Assembly (NCBI GenBank): GCA_963662665.2
Contig: CAXXJS010000030.1
Span: forward strand, 64,001-128,000
Direction of reading: 5' to 3'
DNA: 64,000 nt
From: Candidatus Latescibacterota bacterium
GTDB lineage: Bacteria > Latescibacterota > UBA2968 > GCA-2709665
Both the position numbers and the translations under genes were made by a program. The notes under the pieces are model-generated. The model did not search any database. It saw only the letters and a list, made by a program, of their open reading frames with translations, and was not told the DNA's origin. Shown in pieces: positions 7,456-16,868 of this stretch. The stretch's first letter is position 1. Each line of letters begins with the position of its first letter.

Positions 7456-10417
7456 TTGACTCCTTTGGTGCAACAGACACGGGGCCAATGGCAAAGGTAG
7501 CGCCTTTCATATCGTTGGTAGATCTCAAATACAAATCGTAACCTACGCGCCGAAGCACCTCTCTGGCAATGTGCAGCCCCATTCCACGTCCTCCCGGCTT
7601 TCTCGTAAACCCTAACTCAAATATCGCATCTCGATCACTTGGATTCACACCGGGCCCTGAATCTGAAACCAAAAATGTGCCATCTGTCGCGTCAAGGACG
7701 ATCCGGCGCTCGTCCGCAGGATTGTTCTGTGAGACCCAATAGACTGCGTTGTCGATGAGATTCACGAATACCGGATAGAAGGATGAAGGGAAACCATGAA
7801 TTCTCATTCTGGAAAATGCCTTGGTTTGTTGGAATTCTATTTCGTGACCTGTGAATCTCTCCTCGAAAAGGTCATTTAAGAAGGTGTAGATATCAGAACC
7901 AGGAATATCCACTGCTTTTCTCTGAAGCCTTCGATGTAGTGGTGTAAACAGCGTCAGGTATCCGTCCAAATGATCGAAGCTTGCACGAATGTCGTTGTAA
8001 AGTTTTTGGAGATCCTTATTGATGTCTGCCCATGCTCTTAGCCGACGAAGATTATTGCGAATGGAACGAATTGTTGAATTGAACTCGTGATTAATGACCT
8101 CAACTGCCATTCCGAGTTGGGCAAGTTGCAAGTCGCCCTCAACTTCCTCCTCGAGTGAGAGGTTTCGATGTTCGATCGCAACGAGTTGATCCAATACTGA
8201 TGTCTCACCGCTTAAGTCAATAGCTTGTAATTGATCAAAAAGCGATTCAAAAAAGCTAGTTTTGTCTTCCGCAACCGCCAGAATACGCGACTCTAGATCG
8301 ACGCGGAAATCAATTAAGTCCTCATTCGAAAGCCTTGAAACATCAATCCGTTGAAATTCGCCAACGACAGAGCGTAGCGCGGTTTCCACTTCGCTCAGGT
8401 GCGAACTAGCTAATCCTCGGACCTCCTCGGCTACCTTATTCGCTTCTTGTTTTACGCTGGTTCCACCCGCTCTCGTTTTCTTTATAGCATGTCTTGAAAG
8501 CTCATCGAGCGTCGTTTCGACCTGAAGTCTCCGGTCGATGCTCACGCGAGCTTTGTCGGCTTCATCTCTAACAACATCTGAGATCAAATCTCGAGTCGGA
8601 GAAAAGACTGTCTCCGAAAGTTCGGAAAATGCCAAATTGTAGTCATTCCACTCTCTTTGCATTGCCTTGCTAAGTGCTATCCTGGGTCGTGAAATTCTAT
8701 ATCGGGATTCGATCCTTCTAAGTTCCGTTTGGGCATCCTGCTCAACATGGATGAACTCTTGCGCCGCCCTGTGAGGATCCGATATGCGGCAAGCCATCTT
8801 GAGCCTCTGTGTAACATCCTCGCTCAACTTCAGGGCTTCATCATGAGGGTTTTTAGATGACACCTGTTCAAAAAACCAGACTAAATCTTTCGACAACTTC
8901 CGTTTCTTGATGGATACGAACCGTTCACGTCGTTTTCTATCCGAATCAACTTTTGAGAGTTCCTCCTTTTTCTTTTCAAACCTTTCGCTGTGGACACCTT
9001 CCTTTCGGAAAAAATCCGCAGCCATCTGCAAAAAAAAGTGCTTCAAAATGCTTTTGAATTGTCGATAAGCCTTGTTCTCTCGGAAACCTTCTCTACCAGC
9101 TTTTTCGTTGAGTTGCTGATTGTCTCGGTTGTTTATTTCTATAACACCGAACATTTTTCGATGTGAGAAATAGTAGTAGTAAGCGCTTTTTGTTCTATGG
9201 AGTTCTATATCAAGCCAATCATAATCCGTGTCTCCATACGGTAGTATCCTTATCCCATCCCGATAGATGTACAACCCGCCAATTTTACCCATTTTTTCGG
9301 CCATTCGAGCGTGGTCTTCAGCAGGAAGTGTTGAATGTCTACTCTCTCCCTCGATCGCGGCAAAGCTAATGAAAAAGGGACCGCAGGCGGTTGTGATCCC
9401 TCCCGCACCGGTCCAGGGAATAACGTGACTCTTTACTAATTCCCCATATATTAACACGTCTCCTTTGAATTGGCCGAATTCATCGAATTTTCCTGTGACT
9501 TGATGGTCCGCGTTTTGAAATTGCTCCGGCGTAAAGAACTCGCCTTCCTCGATAAGATCGTCTACGAGGTCGTCTGTCTTGTGGTCTCTGAATGCAGTGC
9601 GTATCACGGGTGACGAATGGTCCGGCGTCATTGTATTGGAGAATCCCAACAGTGCTTTCGTCAATGGTGTTGCCTTTTGGTCCTGAGGTTCTCCGTCGAT
9701 ATCCGTGGGTAGAAGGTCCGATGCAGGAAGAATGATGAAATGTGTACCTGTTCCGCCGCCGCTTAGTGTCGGATCACCGAGATAAGAATCAATGTCCTGA
9801 GGATCGACTCGAAACCCATCGAGTTCCTGTCGAAGACGGCTATAAAATCGTCCGCCAATCTTGTCTTTGAGATGCTCGTTATTTTGGGTGAATGCAGAAA
9901 CCATCTGATACACATCATGGCCTGACGGCAACTTGCCCCCGGGAAAGGTTCGAATGGGAACCTGGATATCTTCTAGATCGATTCCAGGACATTCAAAAAG
10001 GGTCCAGTTAACGAACGCCGCGGTGAGATCGGAGAGCGTACCGCTGTTTCGGGCGCGCGTCAACACAAGTACCTGCGGGCCGATGGTTGAAATTGCCAGG
10101 CGGCCGATGCCCTTTTCGCCCAGCATTGGTCGTTTTTTCTTGCCTGGATCGTGCGGTATCGGTTCCAACCCATCAGCATTGAGTTTGCTCTCGGTCCCGA
10201 TTGTAAGCCAACGGGTAGAAAAATCGTCCCGACTCATCCCAATCCCATCGTCACGTAATACGAACAGACCGTCACTGCGGTAGTAGTCGATCTCTACGCG
10301 GTCGGCATACGCATCGTGAGCATTCTTGAACAATTCACTGATTGCTGTTGGGATTCCCGCAATCTGTTGTCGTCCAAGCATGTCAAGCGTTCGAGCTCGT
10401 GTCTTAAATGTAGCCAT
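7442..10417 (-). CDS. GHKL (MORC/HSP90-like) ATPase fused to a C-terminal histidine kinase
   Basis: N-term ELFKNAHDA, DDGIGM, GEKGIGR; C-term H-box VINHEF, N-box NLIDNAVYW, DSGPGV, GFTRKPGGRGMGL. Confidence 0.88.
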   Translation of the reverse strand: MATFKTRARTLDMLGRQQIAGIPTAISELFKNAHDAYADRVEIDYYRSDGLFVLRDDGIGMSRDDFSTRWLTIGTESKLNADGLEPIPHDPGKKKRPMLGEKGIGRLAISTIGPQVLVLTRARNSGTLSDLTAAFVNWTLFECPGIDLEDIQVPIRTFPGGKLPSGHDVYQMVSAFTQNNEHLKDKIGGRFYSRLRQELDGFRVDPQDIDSYLGDPTLSGGGTGTHFIILPASDLLPTDIDGEPQDQKATPLTKALLGFSNTMTPDHSSPVIRTAFRDHKTDDLVDDLIEEGEFFTPEQFQNADHQVTGKFDEFGQFKGDVLIYGELVKSHVIPWTGAGGITTACGPFFISFAAIEGESRHSTLPAEDHARMAEKMGKIGGLYIYRDGIRILPYGDTDYDWLDIELHRTKSAYYYYFSHRKMFGVIEINNRDNQQLNEKAGREGFRENKAYRQFKSILKHFFLQMAADFFRKEGVHSERFEKKKEELSKVDSDRKRRERFVSIKKRKLSKDLVWFFEQVSSKNPHDEALKLSEDVTQRLKMACRISDPHRAAQEFIHVEQDAQTELRRIESRYRISRPRIALSKAMQREWNDYNLAFSELSETVFSPTRDLISDVVRDEADKARVSIDRRLQVETTLDELSRHAIKKTRAGGTSVKQEANKVAEEVRGLASSHLSEVETALRSVVGEFQRIDVSRLSNEDLIDFRVDLESRILAVAEDKTSFFESLFDQLQAIDLSGETSVLDQLVAIEHRNLSLEEEVEGDLQLAQLGMAVEVINHEFNSTIRSIRNNLRRLRAWADINKDLQKLYNDIRASFDHLDGYLTLFTPLHRRLQRKAVDIPGSDIYTFLNDLFEERFTGHEIEFQQTKAFSRMRIHGFPSSFYPVFVNLIDNAVYWVSQNNPADERRIVLDATDGTFLVSDSGPGVNPSDRDAIFELGFTRKPGGRGMGLHIAREVLRRVGYDLYLRSTNDMKGATFAIGPVSVAPKESNGNN

Positions 10418-10418
10418 C

Positions 10419-11513
10419 TTAGCGGAGTACTCCCACTTCCTTCAGATGTTTGTTGATTTGTCGTCCGATTGATGCTGCCAATTTAACTGGAACAGCATTG
10501 CCGATCTGTCGTGCCATCGAGGCGAGGCTTCCTTCGAATTTGAAGTCACGCGGAAAAGTCTGCAGACAGGCTGCTTCACGGATGCTGATAGCTCGATCCT
10601 GATCCGGGTGTCCGAAACGACCGTTGGAGTAACTGATGCATCTTGTCGTTAACGCCGTGGCCGGTCGGTCCCACGCCATACGGCCGTAGACGTCGCTATA
10701 TCCCGTTGTGTTATTGTGGCATTCTAGACGAAATCTTTCCGGCCAATCTTTACGGCCTCCGCCTTCCGGCGTCGCTCGAATACGCTCCAGATTTAGTTCT
10801 GACAGTCTCGCGGCACGATGATTTAGAAAGGTCTCATGTTCGTCGCCTGCCTCGATCGGTGGAAGATTTCCGATCCAATTCCTGACCGTTTCGTAACTGG
10901 GGTTGTCCGTTCCAGGCCCGTTTGTCTCCGATGGGAGTTCGATTGGACCGTGACGGCTTGCCAGAAGAACAAGGCGACAACGACACTGCGGGATTCCATA
11001 TTTCATGGCCCGCACTTTGCTGTACTTGATATAATCGTAGCCGGCTGAGCGAAGACTTTGAAGGAATTCTCCGAACGGCCGAGTACTCGATTTCTCTTCC
11101 TCAAGACCGGCCACATTCTCGATGAAGACGATGTCTGGTTTGCAGGCTTCGACAAACTCGGCGAACCGGGACAACAGTGTTTTCCGGTCGTCATCTTCTT
11201 TTTCGATTTGCTTCCTGTTATGCCTTGTGAATGGCTGGCATGGCGCGCATCCGCAAAATAACAAGGGGTTAGGTCTTTGCGCATCAACAATTGAACGAAC
11301 TTCAGAGATTGGTGTCTTGCGAATATTCTTGAATACGTAATGAGTCGAAGGGAAATTCGTTTGATAGGTACGTCGAGAGTCAGGATCGAAATCGAGCGCA
11401 AAGACGATCTCCATGCCAGCATCCCTGAACCCACAACTCGCCCCACCGCAACCCGAAAAAAAGTCGAATACTTTGACACTCACGCCATTACCTTTATATG
11501 GGAAATTAACCAT
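10419..11513 (-). CDS. dcm: DNA (cytosine-5)-methyltransferase
   Basis: FFSGCGG (motif I), APCQPF (catalytic PC), ENV, QCRCR, REAACLQTFP, QIGNAVP; start uncertain. Confidence 0.95.
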   Translation of the reverse strand: MVNFPYKGNGVSVKVFDFFSGCGGASCGFRDAGMEIVFALDFDPDSRRTYQTNFPSTHYVFKNIRKTPISEVRSIVDAQRPNPLLFCGCAPCQPFTRHNRKQIEKEDDDRKTLLSRFAEFVEACKPDIVFIENVAGLEEEKSSTRPFGEFLQSLRSAGYDYIKYSKVRAMKYGIPQCRCRLVLLASRHGPIELPSETNGPGTDNPSYETVRNWIGNLPPIEAGDEHETFLNHRAARLSELNLERIRATPEGGGRKDWPERFRLECHNNTTGYSDVYGRMAWDRPATALTTRCISYSNGRFGHPDQDRAISIREAACLQTFPRDFKFEGSLASMARQIGNAVPVKLAASIGRQINKHLKEVGVLR

Positions 11514-11916
11514 CAAAATACCGGCGCATCGACTGCTCAACGAGATCCCGATCCGCTGTCTCACATTCCCATATAATTAAGGACTTCCAACCTGCTTCCT
11601 CCAGAGCAACTACATTTCGCCGATCACGTTCGATATTTCGTGACAGTTTCTCGTCCCAGAAGATTCTGTTTGTTGTAGGACGTCTCGCCTTCGGACAGTC
11701 GTTGTGTCCGTGCCAGAAGCAGCCGTGGACAAAGATCACTTTCCGGTGCCGGGGAAATACCAGATCAGGCTTTCCAGGCAGACCATCGTCGTATAAACGA
11801 AAGCGATAGCCCAGATTATGGGCGATTTTTCGGATGCGATTTTCAGGCTTTGTGTCCTTGTCCCGGACTCGCCCCATAATTTCGCTTCGTTTCTTTTGGT
11901 TGTAAATATCTGCCAT
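11506..11916 (-). CDS. vsr: Very short patch repair endonuclease
   Basis: MADIY..RSEIM, DTKPE, LPGKPDLV, FVHGCFWHGH, IIWECE. Confidence 0.96.
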   Translation of the reverse strand: MADIYNQKKRSEIMGRVRDKDTKPENRIRKIAHNLGYRFRLYDDGLPGKPDLVFPRHRKVIFVHGCFWHGHNDCPKARRPTTNRIFWDEKLSRNIERDRRNVVALEEAGWKSLIIWECETADRDLVEQSMRRYFDG

Positions 11917-11934
11917 GACGTAAACGGAAAACTG

Positions 11935-11971
11935 ATTATATAGAATAGCGAAAATGTGTTGCCTCAGACAA
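11935..11971 (-). promoter_or_regulatory. Putative sigma70 promoter of the vsr-dcm-kinase-receiver cassette
   Basis: Minus strand TTGTCT-N18-TATTCT, immediately followed by TATAAT, just upstream of vsr. Confidence 0.35.
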
Positions 11972-12014
11972 GGCTGGGTCTCATTCGCATGATATTTTCG
12001 GTGATTGCCGCAGT

Positions 12015-13286
12015 TTAAGCGGATTCTGAGGAATTGATTGAGATCTGTCCGTTCACGGCAGCCGCGATAAGGGCAGAGCGGCGCTCCTTGAGGAGTGAAA
12101 TGGTGCGTTCTGTAGATTTGCGGACGCTATCGATTTCGGCAGTGTGACGAGCGATGTGGTCAACGACGCGCTTCTGCTCTTGATCGGGTGGTGTGAGGAG
12201 CGGCATCTCACTCAGGTTCGATGCTGAAATCGACGCCAAATTAGTAGACTGCTTAGCGCGGCTTTCAAAATACGCCTTGGCTACTTCACTTGTAGTATAG
12301 GTGTTAAGCCAGTCAGGCGATACCCGCCGTGGTCGCACTGCGAATACGTGGTTTTGATGTAAGCAAGGGTTGATCTGACCAGTCCAGATTGCTCCGCGCC
12401 CCAGCTTGTCCGCGTCTCCGCCTTCATTCATTAAAACGTCTCCGGCCCGAAGGTGGCACAGAGAGGCCTCTTTGTTCGGCACGGAAATAGACTTCACTTC
12501 GGTAAGATCAAAGTAGCCATCTTGAACATTCGCAACCCGCAGATAGGGAAACTCCCTCGTCGACTTGTTTCCAAAGCTTTTGCCCAAGGCAATCCCGGTC
12601 TGGACGGACGCTACGAATTTGAGACGAGTCACCTTCCAATGCGCCGGGATCTTGCCTAGCCAAGAGATGCCCGAGTGGCGGAACGGGACGTTCGGGTCGA
12701 GACCACGGGTCACGGCGCGGGTGATGAGCGCACGGCGCTTCTCGGCAACCAGGTCCAGCAGCCGTACGTTCTCCTTTACAAGCTCATCCAGCCTCGATGT
12801 CTCGTGGTCGAGATAGTCGGCGATGGCGCGTTGCTGATTCGGACCCGGGATCTGAATACGTAGATTAGCAAGGAACTCTCCGTTCACATGCGGAATACCC
12901 ATTCCAACTGTCTCGGCTTTAATCGTATCTTCCTGTGATTTACATGCCCAAAACAAAAACCTCGGATCAACAAATTTAGGAATGACGAGCGCGGCTGTCG
13001 ATGAGACAATACCCCGCTTAGCCCTTAGAAATTCCCCCGCATTTGATCCATCCCACAAGAGTAAGGTGTCGTTTTCGGAAGCCACAAGGGCATTGGGACC
13101 GAGACTGACGAGCGTCGGGTCATTAATCTCTCCGCGAAGAAACTCCATCGTGAGATAAGGTGCGACTTCGACATTGAGACCTGCCTGATCAACTGAAGTT
13201 GGTAAGTTTCCTTTGTGGACATCGGCCAGGTATCGAAATCGAACTTCCTTCCACATTTCCGTGGCTGTTTTCGTAGCGGCGTTCAC
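12015..13286 (-). CDS. hsdS: Type I R-M specificity subunit
   Basis: Two TRDs with conserved repeats (PGPNQQRAIADYLD...ALITRAVT; PPDQEQKRVV...ERRSALIAAAV); GTGA overlap with the hsdM stop. Confidence 0.93.
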   Translation of the reverse strand: MNAATKTATEMWKEVRFRYLADVHKGNLPTSVDQAGLNVEVAPYLTMEFLRGEINDPTLVSLGPNALVASENDTLLLWDGSNAGEFLRAKRGIVSSTAALVIPKFVDPRFLFWACKSQEDTIKAETVGMGIPHVNGEFLANLRIQIPGPNQQRAIADYLDHETSRLDELVKENVRLLDLVAEKRRALITRAVTRGLDPNVPFRHSGISWLGKIPAHWKVTRLKFVASVQTGIALGKSFGNKSTREFPYLRVANVQDGYFDLTEVKSISVPNKEASLCHLRAGDVLMNEGGDADKLGRGAIWTGQINPCLHQNHVFAVRPRRVSPDWLNTYTTSEVAKAYFESRAKQSTNLASISASNLSEMPLLTPPDQEQKRVVDHIARHTAEIDSVRKSTERTISLLKERRSALIAAAVNGQISINSSESA

Positions 13287-15268
13287 GCCGTCACCTCGCG
13301 AAGCAATCGGATGATCTTCTCTTCCGCCTTCTTCAGGTCCGCGTCGATTTCCTCCAGCGGTCGGGGTGGCGTGCATTTGTAGAAGTGCCGATTGAAGTTG
13401 ATCTCGTAGCCGACCTTGTCCTTTCCGCGGTCCATCCAGGCGTCGGGGACGTGAGGGCGGACCTCACGTTCGAAGTAGGCGTCGACGTCGTCTTTAAGCG
13501 GCACATTCTCGAAATCGCGTAGCGCGGTGTCAGGCTCGTATCCTTTCTCTCGGCCATCCTTCCTGACGGGCTCGCCGTCTGGATCTTTCACGGTGAAGAC
13601 GTCTCGGAAGAGCCTCTGTTCTACCTTCTTCCAGCGCGATTGGCGCTTATGCAGGAGAGCGCTGATATTTTCCCAGGTCGCGTTCCAGTCGCGCTGGGGC
13701 TCGCGCCCGAACACCTTATCTATGTCCTGGACGTCATCCAGCAAGTACGGACATGCATCCAGGAAACGCGCTTTGTCTTCAAAGGTCATCTGATAACGCA
13801 GGCGCAGAGGGCGCTCCACGGTGACACGGGAATAGCCGAAGTCATCGTTGTCGAAAATCTTTGAACGCTCGTCCTCCTGGAAGCGGCCATACAGTTGCAC
13901 GATCTCCTCAACATGCTCTGCGGTTAAATGCCGGCGCTTGTCGCCCAGACTTCGCCTGTTGTCTTCGCTACCGCCCGCCATCCACATATCGCGGGCGTCG
14001 ACCAGCTGAATCCGTCCTTTCCGGTGATCTTTTTTGCGGTTGGTGACAATCCAGATATACGTGGCGATGCCTGTATTGTAGAACATCTGCTCTGGTAAGG
14101 CAATGATGGCTTCGAGCCAATCGTTTTCGATAATCCACTTGCGAATGTCGCTCTCGCCGGAACCGGCGCCGCCGGTGAAAAGCGGGGAACCACTGAACAC
14201 AATGGCCAGACGCGAGCCGTGCTGGTGCTTTGCCGGCTGAACTGGTTCAAACTTATGTACCATGTGCTGCAGGAATAACATAGATCCATCGTTTACGCGG
14301 GGGAGTCCTGCGCCGAAACGGCCCGCGAAACCAAGCTTTTCGTGCTCATTGCGGACGTCGTTGCGTTGTTTTTTCCAGTCCACGCCGAAGGGGGGATTGG
14401 TAAGAAAATAATCAAAGGTGTCGTCCTCGAATTGGTCCTCTGTAAGGCTGTCGCCGTATCGGACACTATCACCGACACCAATGTGGTCGACCTGCTTCAT
14501 CAGCATGTCTGAGGCAGCAGTGGCAAAGGCGCGCTGGTTATAGTCCTGTCCATAAACGAAAAGACGCGCAACATTGTTATGCTCTCGCAGGTAGTTCTGC
14601 GCTTCGGCCAACATGCCACCGGTTCCGCAAGCGGGATCGAGAAGCTTGCGCACTGCACCGGGCGTAGCGAGGAGCTCATCGTCGCTAATGAATAGGATGT
14701 TTACCATCAGCCGGATGACGTCCCGTGGCGTGAAGTGGTCGCCCGCGGTCTCGTTGGCCAATTCATTGAATCGACGAATCAGATTCTCGAAAATAAGTCC
14801 CATCTGGTCGTTTGGGACACGCTCCGGATGGAGATCCACGTCGCAGAACTTCGAGACAACGAGATAGAGGATGTTGGACTCCTGCATTTTCCCGATTTCT
14901 GTCTCAAATTCGAAGTATTCGAAGATTTCGCGAACGTTCTTTGAAAAGCCATGGATGTAGCTGACAAGGTGTTGGGCGACGTGGTCCGGATCGCCTTTGA
15001 GCTTATCGAAGTCGAGGGGTGAGTGGTTATGGAAACGCTGGTCAGCAGCGCTGTTCAACTTGCGTTCGAGCGCACGACCTTCAAACTTGCCTCGGGAGCG
15101 TTCGTACTCAGCAAGCACGCTGGACTTGGTCGGTGAGAGCACGCAGTCAAATCGTCGAAGTACGGTCATGGGCAACATCACACGTTCGTACTGTGGAGGA
15201 CGGTACGGCCCACGTAGCAAGTCGGCGATTTGCCAGATCAGATTCGCGAAGTAGCTGTGGTCAGGCAT
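13283..15268 (-). CDS. hsdM: Type I R-M N6-adenine methyltransferase
   Basis: IWQIADLLRG, AGDHFTPRDV, DPACGTGGML, NPPFG, GYEINFNRHFY. Confidence 0.97.
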   Translation of the reverse strand: MPDHSYFANLIWQIADLLRGPYRPPQYERVMLPMTVLRRFDCVLSPTKSSVLAEYERSRGKFEGRALERKLNSAADQRFHNHSPLDFDKLKGDPDHVAQHLVSYIHGFSKNVREIFEYFEFETEIGKMQESNILYLVVSKFCDVDLHPERVPNDQMGLIFENLIRRFNELANETAGDHFTPRDVIRLMVNILFISDDELLATPGAVRKLLDPACGTGGMLAEAQNYLREHNNVARLFVYGQDYNQRAFATAASDMLMKQVDHIGVGDSVRYGDSLTEDQFEDDTFDYFLTNPPFGVDWKKQRNDVRNEHEKLGFAGRFGAGLPRVNDGSMLFLQHMVHKFEPVQPAKHQHGSRLAIVFSGSPLFTGGAGSGESDIRKWIIENDWLEAIIALPEQMFYNTGIATYIWIVTNRKKDHRKGRIQLVDARDMWMAGGSEDNRRSLGDKRRHLTAEHVEEIVQLYGRFQEDERSKIFDNDDFGYSRVTVERPLRLRYQMTFEDKARFLDACPYLLDDVQDIDKVFGREPQRDWNATWENISALLHKRQSRWKKVEQRLFRDVFTVKDPDGEPVRKDGREKGYEPDTALRDFENVPLKDDVDAYFEREVRPHVPDAWMDRGKDKVGYEINFNRHFYKCTPPRPLEEIDADLKKAEEKIIRLLREVTA

Positions 15269-15420
15269 GGCTGACTATTCTCAACCCGAAGAGTGCGAGA
15301 AAGACAACGTCGGCAATCGATTGCTAAATGTCCGAACGTTTTGTTGGCCGTAATACCTGTAGGCTGTCGTGGCGCAGTGCTCTCTCCGTCAGTGACTGGC
15401 TACACCAGGTTATCGTACAT

Positions 15421-15457
15421 ATTTTCGCCGTATCGCCCAAATTTTCGCCGTATCGCC
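15421..15457. repeat. 17-bp direct repeat (ATTTTCGCCGTATCGCC x2, 20-bp period) upstream of hsdM
   Basis: Identical copies at 15421-15437 and 15441-15457. Confidence 0.8.
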
Positions 15458-15569
15458 GCCAATTTCTTGGGTAGCCAAGTCGTAATCGTCCGTGTGGGCC
15501 ACTTGACGGATCTCCAATAGAGTTCGGTCTCAGTCTATTGAAGTAAATGGGACGAATACGTCAACCCAT

Positions 15570-16868
15570 TCATAAACCTATCTTCAAGCCTGCCGCAGTT
15601 GCTTTCTTTACCGCAGAGCAGAACCTCTCGTAATCCCGTAGGGTTATCGGCCTATAGTGTGCCACTGCATTGCGGAGTTGTCGCGATTGACGCACCAGTG
15701 GAAGCCATCGCTGTTCCACCTGTATATTGGGACACTTCTGCAGCAGATATTCCAGGTGTCCCCATTGACAGGCAAAGGGCGTCTCTCTCACTTCCTGGCA
15801 TTCTATTACTGTATCCGGCTCCTGCCATTTGTAAGGCCAATTCAATCCGTACGAGTGGTTAAGGTGGGTACATAAGCCCAATCGAATTTCGTCAATTTCC
15901 GCCAAAAGAAACCCTGCTTGTCCTCGCCACAATCGATGATCCAACGTTTCCCTTTGATCCAATAGAGCCAAGACTGCACTATGGCGTTCCAGCCCATATT
16001 CCGGCGTCCAATGAACCATTCCCCGAGCCCAAATCTTATACAATGTATTTGGTAACGCCCAATCCTCTTGCCAAAGTGTGGAATTTCGGGGATGGCTATG
16101 TAGAGGCCAATACTCCAATTCCGTTTGATCCCAGCCACGTCTCTGACCATAGGCCCGCAGTAGGTCCGCTAGTTCGGCGTTATCGCGATATTCCTGAGAC
16201 CAAAGAAAATCCGCCAATCCTATATCAGAGCCCGCAATGGCTGGAATAGTGTGCTCTTTCCATCGGCTTGAGGGACCAGTATCCTGTTCGGATGCCAGTC
16301 GACACAAGAGTCGCATCTCCAATGTCGTGGGGATGCCTTTCCAAGGACGGATAGACAGGAATACATTCGTTTGGGGAAGCAGGCACGTCACTTGCGACGC
16401 TTGCGTTAGCAAACACAATGCCGGGGGGGTCTCTGAGCCACCTTCAGCGGTGGAGTCCCTACCTTGACATACCTGAGCCCACTGCACCATGAAATTTAGC
16501 CAATGCTCTCGATCTTCTTCAGTCAATTCATCGAAACCATCGAGAAACAAAATCTCAGGTAAGTCTGCTTGATTCAGGAGATTCTCTACTGTACGAGGCG
16601 CGTTGGAGGTACCCCAATCGACTTCGAGAATCAGACCTAATGCTCCAGCTGGCGTTTGGGCATCCAATTGGGATATCAAAACATCATGGATTTGTAACTG
16701 CCATTGTCCGAGTCCATCCCATAATTCAGATCGGAGCAGGCTTGATTCCACGCCTTCGGGAAACAAGGCCAAAACACTGCGGCCGTTCCGCAAGTCGTCC
16801 AGTATCAGGTCTAGCAAACGCCGAGCAGTTGGCATCTGCATTACGAATCTGGTCAGTTCCAAGCTCAT
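15570..16868 (-). CDS. Degenerate P-loop-like protein with C-terminal HEPN-type RxxxxH motif
   Basis: 432 aa; LRNGRSVLALFPEG (decayed Walker A-like), ILFLDGFDE, C-terminal RQLRNAVAH; ATGA overlap with the upstream NTPase. Confidence 0.6.
   Translation of the reverse strand: MSLELTRFVMQMPTARRLLDLILDDLRNGRSVLALFPEGVESSLLRSELWDGLGQWQLQIHDVLISQLDAQTPAGALGLILEVDWGTSNAPRTVENLLNQADLPEILFLDGFDELTEEDREHWLNFMVQWAQVCQGRDSTAEGGSETPPALCLLTQASQVTCLLPQTNVFLSIRPWKGIPTTLEMRLLCRLASEQDTGPSSRWKEHTIPAIAGSDIGLADFLWSQEYRDNAELADLLRAYGQRRGWDQTELEYWPLHSHPRNSTLWQEDWALPNTLYKIWARGMVHWTPEYGLERHSAVLALLDQRETLDHRLWRGQAGFLLAEIDEIRLGLCTHLNHSYGLNWPYKWQEPDTVIECQEVRETPFACQWGHLEYLLQKCPNIQVEQRWLPLVRQSRQLRNAVAHYRPITLRDYERFCSAVKKATAAGLKIGL

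Noticed and set aside
12015-13286. Phase-variable hsdS shufflon
   Set aside because: Single hsdS; no silent TRD copies, invertase or simple-sequence tract seen
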